Virus record (IMG/VR): IMGVR_UViG_2695420596_000005
Coordinates: 1 to 28,070 of that record
Reading direction: 5' to 3' (one strand)
Length of the DNA stretch: 28,070 nt
Source: a virus
Lineage: Duplodnaviria > Heunggongvirae > Uroviricota > Caudoviricetes
The notes under the pieces were generated by a model that saw only the letters and a list, made by a program, of their open reading frames with translations, had not been told where the DNA came from and did no database searches. Shown here in pieces: positions 8,583 to 17,649 of this stretch; positions within the stretch are counted from its first letter, which is position 1, and each line of letters starts with the position of its first letter. The translations under genes were made by a program, and so were the position numbers.

Positions 8583-9683
8583 ATGACCGATACCACCATG
8601 CAATTGCTCAGTCAGGGCACAGACCCCGTGAAAATGCCGGATTTTGATATTCTCGCGGAGGGTAAAACGCTGTCAGGCGTGGCAGAGCGCCTGATGAGCC
8701 TGTCACTGACCGACAACCGGGGATTTGAGGCGGACCAGCTCACCATCACGCTGGATGATGCGGATGGTCAGTTGCAGCTACCGCCACGGGGCGCGCGCCT
8801 GACGGTTCTCATTGGCTGGAAAGGAGAACCGCTGACAGAAAAAGGCACTTACATTGTTGATGAAATCGCTCACGAAGGACCGCCGGACAGGCTGACTGTT
8901 TCAGCCAGAAGCGCAGATTTTCGGGATGAATTTAACGTTAAACGTGAGGTGTCCTGGCATGATGTGACCGTTGAGCGCGTGGTATCTGCCATCGCTCATC
9001 GGTACGGTCTGAAACCGCAAATCAGCGAAATACTGATGGATATCGAAATCGACCACGCCGACCAGACCGAAGAAAGCGACATGTCCTTCCTTACGCGCAT
9101 GGCGGAAATGCTGGGCGCAATCACCACGGTAAAAAGCGGTAATCTGTTATTCATCATGCCAGGCGGTCGCGTGAACGCACTGGGCCAGCCGTTGCCATCG
9201 TTCGCCATCACACGCAGCAGCGGCGATCGCCATCAGTTCCGCATTGCTGACCGCGAGGCGTATACGGGTGTACGCGCCTACTGGCTTGATCTTAATTACG
9301 GGAAAAAGAAAAAAGTCAGCGTGAAACGCCGCAAACCGAAAAAAGAGAAAAGCAGCAGCCGTGAAGGTGACTATATGGAAGGTGCGGAAGGCAACGTGTT
9401 TGTGTTACGCAAAACTTATCAGAACGAGCAGGCAGCAAGACGCGCAGCGGCGGCAAAATGGCAGCAGCTACAACGCGGAGCCGCATCATTTTCCATCACG
9501 CTGGCACGTGGACGAGCAGAACTCTACCCCGAAATGCATGGCACGGTAACAGGATTTAAAAGCGAGATTGATAATCAGGACTGGATCATTGCAAAAGCCG
9601 AGCACACCATTGATAACAGTGGCTTTACCACGCAGCTTGAGCTTGAAGCCAAAATCCCGGAATGGATAGCAGAAACAGAGTAA
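8583..9683 (+). CDS. D: Late tail gene D product, P2 gpD-like
   Basis: Start at MTDTTMQLLSQG (ATG 8583) preceded by GGGAGGG Shine-Dalgarno; ~366 aa; lies between FI and the ogr-like gene. Confidence 0.75.
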   Translation: MTDTTMQLLSQGTDPVKMPDFDILAEGKTLSGVAERLMSLSLTDNRGFEADQLTITLDDADGQLQLPPRGARLTVLIGWKGEPLTEKGTYIVDEIAHEGPPDRLTVSARSADFRDEFNVKREVSWHDVTVERVVSAIAHRYGLKPQISEILMDIEIDHADQTEESDMSFLTRMAEMLGAITTVKSGNLLFIMPGGRVNALGQPLPSFAITRSSGDRHQFRIADREAYTGVRAYWLDLNYGKKKKVSVKRRKPKKEKSSSREGDYMEGAEGNVFVLRKTYQNEQAARRAAAAKWQQLQRGAASFSITLARGRAELYPEMHGTVTGFKSEIDNQDWIIAKAEHTIDNSGFTTQLELEAKIPEWIAETE

Positions 9684-9877
9684 ACAACTTAGATGCATTA
9701 GCCCTGACATTTGCTAACGCGCTTACAGCAAGAATCATAACCAATCTGACAGCCTACCCGGTGTCAAAATCAGAAGAGCCTTACATTAGAATATGTTAAT
9801 TTGTAGCAAACAAATTTACACACAAATGATTACTGCTGAAATAGCCCCCATAAATGCCATGTCAAAGGATCCATGTT

Positions 9878-10543
9878 ATGAATATGCAAATTTTTATCGC
9901 ACCAGCAGCCACAGTTGCTGCAGTCTGCCTTGCTGCATATTTTGCTTTACGAAATGAACGTAAAAAGAAAGCACTTGAGATTAGAACAACTCAACTAGAT
10001 CGAATATCTGAGCTAGTAAACCGAGCATCTACCAATTTGATGCAATATACAGGTACTCTTGCCTCTATACTGGAAGCGCACGCCAAAGATAATTATCTAC
10101 CGAACAAAAAATTTGACATTAATGTAATTAGCAAATGGAAAGATTGCCTCGATGAGAGTGAGGTCTGGGCGATTGATATACAGCAACTAAGAACATGTCA
10201 GCACAGTCTGGAGTTTCATCGTGAAAAAGAATGGGCTGAATGGAAAAAAATAATTCCACCATTACTTGATAAAATTAACCAATTTTTTCTCATATCTAAG
10301 CCAGGGCAACCTGTTACGTTTATAAATGGCCAAAACAAAACAGCTGATGAACTACTTGTTTTCTCAAGATATTTGAGAAAACAAACAGCAGAAATTGAAT
10401 CAGTACGTCAGCTGTTACTTTCTCAAATGAGAGAGGAATTCATCGAGTTAACTAGCTTTGAACCTGTCACAATGTTTAGCTTATTTAAATCAATAAAGAA
10501 AAATGTCATGCAATTTTTCTGTATCAGTGCTCTTAAAAATTGA
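9878..10543 (+). CDS. Hypothetical membrane-anchored protein (AT-rich accessory gene)
   Basis: Start MNMQIFIAPAATVAAVCLAAYFAL gives one N-terminal hydrophobic helix followed by a charged ~200-aa domain. The region looks markedly AT-rich by eye. P2 has no gene between D and ogr. Confidence 0.6.
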   Translation: MNMQIFIAPAATVAAVCLAAYFALRNERKKKALEIRTTQLDRISELVNRASTNLMQYTGTLASILEAHAKDNYLPNKKFDINVISKWKDCLDESEVWAIDIQQLRTCQHSLEFHREKEWAEWKKIIPPLLDKINQFFLISKPGQPVTFINGQNKTADELLVFSRYLRKQTAEIESVRQLLLSQMREEFIELTSFEPVTMFSLFKSIKKNVMQFFCISALKN

Positions 10544-10558
10544 CGCTCTGTTGCAAGC

Positions 10559-10581
10559 AACCCCAGTGTTAAACTGGGGTT
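10559..10581 (+). terminator. Hairpin terminator candidate after the accessory gene
   Basis: AACCCCAGT-gttaa-ACTGGGGTT followed by ATTCTTGC. Confidence 0.45.
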
Positions 10582-10692
10582 ATTCTTGCTAAGAGACCTT
10601 TCTACGGCATCAGTAAACAAAACGAACTATCAGTTGGAGTCTGAGCAAGTTCAGCCTAAACTAGCGACAGCACTACGTTAAGGGAGGTCGCT

Positions 10693-10953
10693 ATGTTCCG
10701 TTGTCCGCTTTGTGGCGCATCTGCCCGTATCCGCACCAGTCGTCCGGAAAATGATTCAAACACCGTGCGGCAAAAGTATTACCAGTGTAACAACCTGGAA
10801 TGCGGCGTATGCTTCTCAACACTGGAAGCTTTCCATAAATTCACATCGAAACACGCCTCCGGCATCCACTCTTCAGAAGGTATCCCGTGGCATGAGCTGC
10901 CAGCTTCACACAGGGGAAACAATCAGATGAGCTTGCCTTTACCTCAGAATTAA
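10693..10953 (+). CDS. ogr: Zinc-finger late transcription activator, Ogr/Delta family
   Basis: MFRCPLCGASARIRTSRPENDSNTVRQKYYQCNNLECGVCFSTLEAF: CxxC...CxxxxC arrangement and similarity to P2 Ogr. Strong AAGGGAGG Shine-Dalgarno. Confidence 0.85.
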   Translation: MFRCPLCGASARIRTSRPENDSNTVRQKYYQCNNLECGVCFSTLEAFHKFTSKHASGIHSSEGIPWHELPASHRGNNQMSLPLPQN

Positions 10954-11092
10954 CAGGCAGAATTGCCGGAGTAACAAAAACGCGATAGATTACGCGCGGG
11001 TGCCTTTCGGCTGATGGTCGGAGGGAATACCCGAAGGCCAGATGTGGAAAGGCCCCGGAAAACATCTCTGTTTAACCGAGGCCCTAACCGCA

Positions 11093-12181
11093 TTACCTTG
11101 ACAAGTGAAAGGTTAGCGCCTCTCCGGAAAAGGAGCAAGTGCTTGTATGGGTCCACCACATATTGCAATTTTTATTCTCTTTTAAAATATATTCCACGGG
11201 CGTCATTAGTGCGAGCGCCTTGTGGGGTCTTTTGCTGTTATACAGCACCAGATATTCCGCCAGCTTCTGGTTAAATAGCGCCAGATCTTCAAAGAGTAAA
11301 ATCTCATTAAATTCAATAAACTGCTCTCTTAACGTCCGGTTAAAACGTTCACAGATAGCGTTCATTTTTGGCGTGTAGGGATAGGTCCAGAGGTGTTTGA
11401 TAGCGGCTTCCTGCAGCGTTTTGTCGAAGTTTCCCAGGAACTCTTTTCCGTTATCTGTGATTATCTGGCTGATACCGACCGGGAACAACCGGGCTGCGCG
11501 GCTGAAGAAGTGATTGACGATATCACTGTTGAGTGACGGCACAGCCAGCGCCAGCGCGTAATTGCTGCATTCGTCGATCATGGTGATGACATAGCGACGC
11601 AGTTCGCCCATTCTGAGCTCAATGGCGTCCATCCCAATGAGCTCACCTGTCTTTACCGGGCGGTAGTGCTTTGGCCTGCGGGGTTTGGCAGACCGCTTTT
11701 TGACAAGCAGTGCCTTCCCCCGCGATCCCAGACGCACAGGTATCATCCGCATTTTATCATGTGCGGCAGCGATCATTCTGCCGATGGTGGAAACACTCGG
11801 ACAGGCCAGATAGCGCTGTTCGCACCAGGGCTTCAGGCGAACAAAAATCTGCTCTTTACCGAGGTTCGGCAGCTCTGTCCTGAGGCGTCGAATCTCTTTC
11901 AGCACATCGGGATGCCAGTGTTTTTTTCGTCGCACCAGAGGTGCCTTACTGTGCGGGATTAGCCCCTCAGGTCCTTCCTTGTTCAGTAACTGACGCCACC
12001 AGTAAAGCGTGCGGCAGGACACGCCAAAGGCTTCAGAAGCTGCAGAAATACCGTGTTTATCCCAGAAGTGCAGAGCCTTCATTCTCATTGTTGCTATATC
12101 AGCCATCACTGAAAGCCTCAACGCATAATCGGCCGTTTGGTAGTACTTAGGATAGCCAACCATCAGATGCTGCATTTGCAT
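11093..12181 (-). CDS. DDE transposase (rve/integrase-core), IS481-family-like
   Basis: 362-aa ORF with N-terminal HTH region, ITDNGKEF and YxPxxN...E motifs typical of retroviral-integrase-type transposases. The last few codons probably read through into flanking DNA. Confidence 0.75.
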   Translation of the reverse strand: MQMQHLMVGYPKYYQTADYALRLSVMADIATMRMKALHFWDKHGISAASEAFGVSCRTLYWWRQLLNKEGPEGLIPHSKAPLVRRKKHWHPDVLKEIRRLRTELPNLGKEQIFVRLKPWCEQRYLACPSVSTIGRMIAAAHDKMRMIPVRLGSRGKALLVKKRSAKPRRPKHYRPVKTGELIGMDAIELRMGELRRYVITMIDECSNYALALAVPSLNSDIVNHFFSRAARLFPVGISQIITDNGKEFLGNFDKTLQEAAIKHLWTYPYTPKMNAICERFNRTLREQFIEFNEILLFEDLALFNQKLAEYLVLYNSKRPHKALALMTPVEYILKENKNCNMWWTHTSTCSFSGEALTFHLSR

Positions 12182-12216
12182 AGTGCAATCTCCCCTTACT
12201 TATCCGGAGGCAATTA
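11110..12216 (-). mobile_element. Insertion sequence, IS481-family-like (~1.1 kb)
   Basis: Single DDE transposase ORF. The right boundary is set where identity to the tfa copy at 940-1220 begins (12217/12218). The left boundary is approximate, set from an imperfect terminal inverted repeat (GTTAGCGCCTCTCCGGAAAAGG versus TAATTGCCTCCGGATAAGTAAGG). Confidence 0.6.
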
Positions 12217-12217
12217 A

Positions 12218-12499
12218 CCATACGATAAATGGGATGGTGAAAAATGGGTGACAGATACTGAGGCACAACATCGTGCTGCAGTAGAAGCGGCAGAAACCAA
12301 GCGCCAGTCACTGGCTGATGCGGCAATGGCTTCCATAAGTCTGATTCAGTTGAAGTTGCAGGCCGGGCGGAAGTTGACGCAGGCAGAAACCACCCGGCTT
12401 AATGCCGTGCTGGATTATATAGACGCGCTGAACGCAATGGATATAAACATGGCACCAGATATCAACTTGCCGGAAATACCACTGGCAGCAGCCAGTTGA
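12218..12499 (+). pseudogene. Truncated tail-fibre assembly gene (3' remnant only)
   Basis: Identical to the 3' part of the tfa at 609-1220 from nt ~940 onward; identity starts abruptly at the IS end, leaving the last ~83 codons without the native start. Confidence 0.75.
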
Positions 12500-12505
12500 A
12501 TATAA

Positions 12506-14119
12506 CTAAGCCGCCCTCACGATATAGTTAAATGCAATATTGCGGGGGCGGGTTTCACTACCACCTGTGTTACCAATACTTCCTCGTGAATGAAGCGTTG
12601 GTGATGGAATCAAACTCCCTCCTGTATTTGTGGCATCAAGCCCCCTGCCTTGCGTATATGTTTTTTTGAAAATTGTGGCCAACTCCCATTCATCCTTTGT
12701 GTCATATCCATCGTTAGCTACAACAATATGGCGGTGTTTTTCCAACATCCCGTTTTGAATGCTCAATAAAGCGCGTGCCGCATCAATTCCTCGCCCATCA
12801 TCCCAGCCACGGATAAATTCACCGCGTAAGTCTGGTAATTTATTGGTGGGGTAAGCCCTTGCCAGTTTTGGGTACTTTTCAGAAGAAAATGCTGCGCCGT
12901 TACATTTCAGCCATCCCGTTGGCGGCGTGGCTGAGGGCCATGGAACGGGCACACCAACGGGCAGTGCAGAGCCTTCCCCCAAACCAAGGTAATCAAGAAC
13001 TCCCTGAGTGCTGGTTTTACCAAGAATGGCACGTCCAACACTTGTCAACGCGGTTAACGCGGCACGATCTGCCCCTGTAAAATATGGGAGTTTATCTGCT
13101 GATGTAGCAAGCTCTGCCAGCGCCGTCAGGGTGGCATCCTTCGGTTGCTTACCCGCAAGCGCGTTAGTCATGGTGGTCGCAAAATTCGGGTCATTGCCCA
13201 GCGCCGCAGCCAGTTCGTTCAGCGTGTTCAGTGCATCAGGTGACGAATCTACAAGTGCGGCAATCGCGGCCATAACGAAAGCCGTGCTTGCGATCTGGGT
13301 ACTATTAGTCCCCTGTGGCGCTGTTGGTGTTGTTGGCGTTCCGGTCAGTGCCGGGCTGTTTAATGGTGCTTTCTTGTTCGTTTCATCCATTACCGCCTTA
13401 ACAGCTTTTGGTGTCGCTGCCAGCGTTTCAGACGTGCTGTTCGTGGCGCTACTGAGCTGAACAATTCCTTTTTGTGTAGTGGTGGCGTTCTGGGCGGTAT
13501 ATTTCCCGTTAGCCAGGTCATATGCAGCCTTAACCGCTTTCGGTGTTGCGGCCAGTGTTTCTGATTCACTGTTAATTGCACTGCTTAACTGAGTAAAACC
13601 TTTTACGGTCAGCGAGGCGTCCGGGTGACGTCGTGACTGTTCGTGCTCTGAGATTTTATCATCCACATATTTGCGGGTTGCCAGAACCACAGACGGGTCG
13701 ATTTTCAGCGTGATGGCTTCGGTGTTCGTGACAACCAGAATCATGCGGATAGTCTGGGTGCGTCCACTGCCTTCCTGCAACTGCGGTTTGTACGTTTCCG
13801 GGCAGTTTGCCACCGCAATGAGTACACCTTCATCATCATAAAGACCAATCTCACGGATCCAGAATCCTCCCTCGTTTTCAGGGATGATTTGCTCCGCAAT
13901 AATCTGGCTCTGATTGTTAGGGTCAACACTCAGAAGATTCAGCGGTGCAATGCGTTTCTGGTTAATCAGTTTTGTTTGTGCAGGGTCTGGTGTTGGTAAC
14001 ACACCATTTGCATCACCAACGGCCATTTGCGTCAGATTCAGCTTACTGCCGAGCATCGTCGCGTTAGCCAGTCGTGCCGCGCCCTGATTAGTCAGAATGG
14101 CGTAGTATTTCACTGTCAT
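12506..14119 (-). CDS. H: Tail fibre protein, P2 gpH-like N-terminus with the Sv2 C-terminal domain
   Basis: 537 aa. N-terminal two-thirds similar to remembered P2 H (AVANCPETYKP, EHEQSRRHPDASLTVKGFTQLSS, TPKAVKAVMDETNKKAPLNSPALTGTPT). C-terminal 158 aa identical to cassette 1227-1703. Confidence 0.9.
   Translation of the reverse strand: MTVKYYAILTNQGAARLANATMLGSKLNLTQMAVGDANGVLPTPDPAQTKLINQKRIAPLNLLSVDPNNQSQIIAEQIIPENEGGFWIREIGLYDDEGVLIAVANCPETYKPQLQEGSGRTQTIRMILVVTNTEAITLKIDPSVVLATRKYVDDKISEHEQSRRHPDASLTVKGFTQLSSAINSESETLAATPKAVKAAYDLANGKYTAQNATTTQKGIVQLSSATNSTSETLAATPKAVKAVMDETNKKAPLNSPALTGTPTTPTAPQGTNSTQIASTAFVMAAIAALVDSSPDALNTLNELAAALGNDPNFATTMTNALAGKQPKDATLTALAELATSADKLPYFTGADRAALTALTSVGRAILGKTSTQGVLDYLGLGEGSALPVGVPVPWPSATPPTGWLKCNGAAFSSEKYPKLARAYPTNKLPDLRGEFIRGWDDGRGIDAARALLSIQNGMLEKHRHIVVANDGYDTKDEWELATIFKKTYTQGRGLDATNTGGSLIPSPTLHSRGSIGNTGGSETRPRNIAFNYIVRAA
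12974..12999. other. hix/gix-like recombination site within the H gene (reverse complement identical to site A)
   Basis: TTCCCCCAAACC-AA-GGTAATCAAGAA is the exact reverse complement of 134-159. Confidence 0.55.
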
Positions 14120-14724
14120 GCGTTTACTCTCAGATTATCAATTAAATGAATGGCTGGGGCAGGGAAATAATCCCCTTCGACAATAATGGACTCCGGGGTG
14201 TAGGGATAAACCGTCAGGGCATCGCCGTGATAGCATCCCGTACCAACGAAAATCTTTCCGTTCACACTCAGGCTGATCGCCAGCCCCGTCAGATGGCGAC
14301 TTACTGGTTTTGCATCCGCAATAAGGCGCTCAAGTTCCTGATACATTTCATCGGTGATGCCCTGATCAAGTACTCCGACAACAATGCGAAATGTTCCCGG
14401 TTCCTCGTTGAGTTGCCACCACTCCTTTACTTCAATCAGGTAGCCGAGAGGCTCCACGGCTCTTCGCAGTGCGCTGATGGTCCCTTTGTGTCGGTGTATC
14501 AGCCATGCATCACGAATCACCTGTCGCTTTGTCTCTTCCGGCCAGTTGCGATCCCAGCGGTCAACGGAAAATGCCCAGGCGAGATAAGGCAGCAGATGCA
14601 CCGGGCAGGTGTCCGGCGACCACAGCGTGTTGAGGTCTACCGGAATGTCTGTAATGCGTGTTCCGACGGCTTCGGCACAACGCATGAAATTGCTGGCTGA
14701 TGGTGGTAACAACGAATTACTCAT
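14116..14724 (-). CDS. I: Baseplate protein, P2 gpI-like
   Basis: Start taken at MSNSLLPPSASN (14724); similar to remembered P2 I (LLPYLAWAFSVDRWD, RLIADAKPVSRHL). Overlaps J stop and H start. Confidence 0.8.
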   Translation of the reverse strand: MSNSLLPPSASNFMRCAEAVGTRITDIPVDLNTLWSPDTCPVHLLPYLAWAFSVDRWDRNWPEETKRQVIRDAWLIHRHKGTISALRRAVEPLGYLIEVKEWWQLNEEPGTFRIVVGVLDQGITDEMYQELERLIADAKPVSRHLTGLAISLSVNGKIFVGTGCYHGDALTVYPYTPESIIVEGDYFPAPAIHLIDNLRVNA

Positions 14725-15613
14725 TGCGTCCACCTTCGCTGATGGTGAATGACTCACAGCGCGCCGCCTGTATGTCGCTGATGGCCATATTCTGTGTGGG
14801 TTCGATTATCTCCACGCGTTGCACACCGTGCACATGCAGTGCGGCAGCAATGGCGGACAACGCCACGTCCTGACCGATAAGCCCCTGCTCAGCCAGCCAC
14901 TTCCTGAACGACGATTCAGCCGCGGCCAGAATAGGTTCGGATTCCGGGCCGGGGTAAAAGTACAGTTTTGCATTCAGCCGCCATGTCACGATTCTGGCGC
15001 TCTGTACGGTCAGGCGGTCGGCCACCGGGCGGGTATCCTCTGCATTCAGAACGGCGCGAACGGTATTAAGCAACGCCTCCGTTGCTGTGCCGTCGCCTTC
15101 AGTGGACAGGATGGAAACCGTCACACAGGCCGGAGACGGGCTGATGGCCCGCGCATCACGCACCAGACCGCTGGCGCTGCGTGCAAAATACTCGTATGCA
15201 CCTGACGGACCAGCAACACTCAGGCCGTCATACGCCCGTTGCGCCCGCAATCTCAGCGAGGTGTCACTCTCCATCACCGCGTCGGTGGTATCCGTTGCCG
15301 GAGTGATAACCAGGCGCTTTGTGTTCATATTGCCCGCGAGGTTGTCCAGGTTTGTCCCTGAACCGTGGCTTAACATGCAGGCGCGAGCGCCCTCGTTAAC
15401 CCGCTGGCGTAACAGCATTTCACGAAAAGACATGGTTTGAGCGATAACGTTCAGGGGTTCCGATTCCAGCTCCAGCGCGGCGGAGACGGCTTCACGCTGT
15501 TCGGCAGGATAGGACGCAATCATCATGGCCTTTGTGTCAGCCAGAATTGCCTCAAAATCAGGCTCCGCGATGATGGCGGGTTCCGGTAACTGGGAAAGGT
15601 CAACAGCAGGCAT
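14717..15613 (-). CDS. J: Baseplate assembly protein, P2 gpJ-like
   Basis: 298 aa, between W and I in conserved order. Confidence 0.8.
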   Translation of the reverse strand: MPAVDLSQLPEPAIIAEPDFEAILADTKAMMIASYPAEQREAVSAALELESEPLNVIAQTMSFREMLLRQRVNEGARACMLSHGSGTNLDNLAGNMNTKRLVITPATDTTDAVMESDTSLRLRAQRAYDGLSVAGPSGAYEYFARSASGLVRDARAISPSPACVTVSILSTEGDGTATEALLNTVRAVLNAEDTRPVADRLTVQSARIVTWRLNAKLYFYPGPESEPILAAAESSFRKWLAEQGLIGQDVALSAIAAALHVHGVQRVEIIEPTQNMAISDIQAARCESFTISEGGRNE

Positions 15614-15616
15614 GAT

Positions 15617-15967
15617 TTACTCTCTCAGCGTGATGGTTAATTCAACATTCTGCATGGTCTGCATGACAGTGCCCGACAGCGTCACCCCGGCGCGGCCTCC
15701 TGCCTTCCAGACAACGTCGATAGCGTCCAGGGCAATGCGGGGTTCCCATCGTGTCAGCGCAATCACGGCAGCACTCATGCATTGCAGACGCGTGGTGTTA
15801 TTCATGGGTTCGTCAATCAAATCAGGCACAAGGCTGCCATATTCCCGTCGCATAACCCGGCTTGCCAGCGGGGTGGTCAGGATGTCCCTGACTGACTGTT
15901 TCAGGTGCTCCATATCGTTCAGGTTTCCCGTTCCGTCCGGGTTCATTCCTGTGTAGCGGGTTGTCAC
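15617..15967 (-). CDS. W: Baseplate wedge protein, P2 gpW-like (gp25 family)
   Basis: 116 aa, size and position as P2 W. Confidence 0.75.
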   Translation of the reverse strand: MTTRYTGMNPDGTGNLNDMEHLKQSVRDILTTPLASRVMRREYGSLVPDLIDEPMNNTTRLQCMSAAVIALTRWEPRIALDAIDVVWKAGGRAGVTLSGTVMQTMQNVELTITLRE

Positions 15968-16545
15968 TGCGGGCCTCCTGTCGAATAGCTGCCACCTTTA
16001 ACGCCACCGTGTTTATGCGTATGCACTGTGATGCCGTTTGAGGTGAAATTGCCGCCGCTGTGCGTGATATTGCCGCTCATCTTTCCCCCTTTTGTGACGT
16101 CAAGCGTCGCCGTTCTCAGAAGGTCTGTGCATTCCACGACGGGCGTATCCAGTGTCACGCTGACGGATGCCTGCAGGGTGGCTGTTTTCATGCCGCTAGC
16201 GCTCAGTGCGCCTGCGTCCGCGTCGTAGCGGAACACCGCGCCATCCGGCGCGCTGACCACGATTTCTTTCAGGCTTTTGCCGGGGGCCGGAATAGCATCA
16301 CTCCACAGGCTGCCAATTATCATGGCGGTTTCCGGGTTGCCGCCAATGCAGGCAATTACCACCTGTTCGCCTGGTGATGGCGGCAGCCACACATTGAAGG
16401 CTCCCGCGCGCGTGGTGTTCCAGCGCAGCCAGCCTGTTTCCAGTTCGCCGCTGCGAACGCGCACGCGCCAGGACTTCTCATCAACTTCAGAGATGATCCC
16501 GGTGCGAATGATGTTGCTCAGCAGTCGCATGAGTTCTGCGCTCAC
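15964..16545 (-). CDS. V: Baseplate spike/assembly protein, P2 gpV-like
   Basis: 193 aa immediately upstream of W with overlapping stop/start. Confidence 0.75.
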   Translation of the reverse strand: MSAELMRLLSNIIRTGIISEVDEKSWRVRVRSGELETGWLRWNTTRAGAFNVWLPPSPGEQVVIACIGGNPETAMIIGSLWSDAIPAPGKSLKEIVVSAPDGAVFRYDADAGALSASGMKTATLQASVSVTLDTPVVECTDLLRTATLDVTKGGKMSGNITHSGGNFTSNGITVHTHKHGGVKGGSYSTGGPQ

Positions 16546-16575
16546 CGTACAGCCTCCGCAATCCGGCCCAGCACC

Positions 16576-16692
16576 GTGTTATAAATCAGGCGCTCATCTG
16601 CCTGGCTGATACCCAGCAGCTCACGTACCGGGTATCGCCATCATCGGTATCGGTGATGTCGTCCTCTGCGGGTCCGGGGTTGGTTCTGGCAA
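16576..16692 (-). CDS. Small acidic ORF (38 aa) in the M-V gap
   Basis: ATG at 16692 preceded by CAGGAGTG Shine-Dalgarno; encodes MSMVARTNPGPAEDDITDTDDGDTRYVSCWVSARQMSA. Not in the supplied track (too short). Confidence 0.2.
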
Positions 16693-16803
16693 CCATACTC
16701 ATGGGGTTCACTCCTGAAAAAATCGGGCGGTGGGTGCGCGGTGTAAGCGGTCACGGAGTCAAACCGGAACACCGCGCACGCCGCCCGCTGACGGGGTCAG
16801 TCG

Positions 16804-17604
16804 TTAACCGCGCTTCGCCTTCTGCGTCGCGGTGGTTTTTCGTGTTGCAGGCTTCCGCGTTGTCTTTTTACTTTTGCTGCTTTCGTCCTGCGCCTGCGGT
16901 GTGCTGGCATCTTCTGGTGCGGCTGCGGAATCGGCTTTTTTCAGGGCGCGGGAAAGGGTTGCAATCTCGCGTTTCACACCTGCGTTCGGGTTCAGGTGCA
17001 TTGCTTCGCGCAGCAGCTTCAGTGACAGGGCCATGCTGTCCGCATCACTCAGGCCACGGCGGGCAAAGGCGCACGCTTTGCATAATTTGGCGCGCACTTC
17101 GTCCGGCATGTCCTGGTCGGTGACAATCTCCCGGAGGGTGTCCAGTGGTTCGATAAAGGCGGACAAATCCGCGTCGGCATCCGTCCCGGCCTGCGTCAGT
17201 ACCGGATTACAGATTTCTTCGGTCAGTACCGTGGCAGCAGTACGGCCAAAGTTATCCGGCATGATGAGGTTGTGACGGACCACATACGCACCAATACGCA
17301 ACGCCAGCGGAAGATCGCCACAGTCAATCGCCCACACCATCAGCGTGGCAATCACTTCATCCTGCTGCCCGCCGTCAGCCTCCAGCGTTCCCTCAATCCA
17401 GCCGGAAAAATCCGGCAACAACTCTTTTTTGATGGCGGCTTTCGCGCTTCTGGCCTGTACGCCCTTAAGCCGGGCCTGTGCCAGACGCAGACGATACAGC
17501 ACCTCTTCATGCGCGGTACGCGCGGCGTGGTCCACGCCTTCATTCGCCCGGCCTGCGCGCTGTGCCATCACGTTCTGCCAGTGTTGCTGTGCAGGAGTAA
17601 TCAT
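16804..17604 (-). CDS. M: Terminase small (endonuclease) subunit, P2 gpM-like
   Basis: 266 aa with lysine/arginine-rich C-terminal tail and DMPDEVRAKL motif remembered from P2 M; downstream of the capsid gene. Confidence 0.8.
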   Translation of the reverse strand: MITPAQQHWQNVMAQRAGRANEGVDHAARTAHEEVLYRLRLAQARLKGVQARSAKAAIKKELLPDFSGWIEGTLEADGGQQDEVIATLMVWAIDCGDLPLALRIGAYVVRHNLIMPDNFGRTAATVLTEEICNPVLTQAGTDADADLSAFIEPLDTLREIVTDQDMPDEVRAKLCKACAFARRGLSDADSMALSLKLLREAMHLNPNAGVKREIATLSRALKKADSAAAPEDASTPQAQDESSKSKKTTRKPATRKTTATQKAKRG

Positions 17605-17649
17605 TTTTTCTCTCCGTTACAGGCGGGCATGATGCCCGCCGTGAGTTGA

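Noticed and set aside
12181-12217. Sequence TAAGTAAGGGGAGATTGCAC resembling, from memory, a P2 att core
   Set aside because: The resemblance is short and rests on recall; the GGGGAG sits 8 nt upstream of the transposase ATG and is more simply its Shine-Dalgarno within the IS end.
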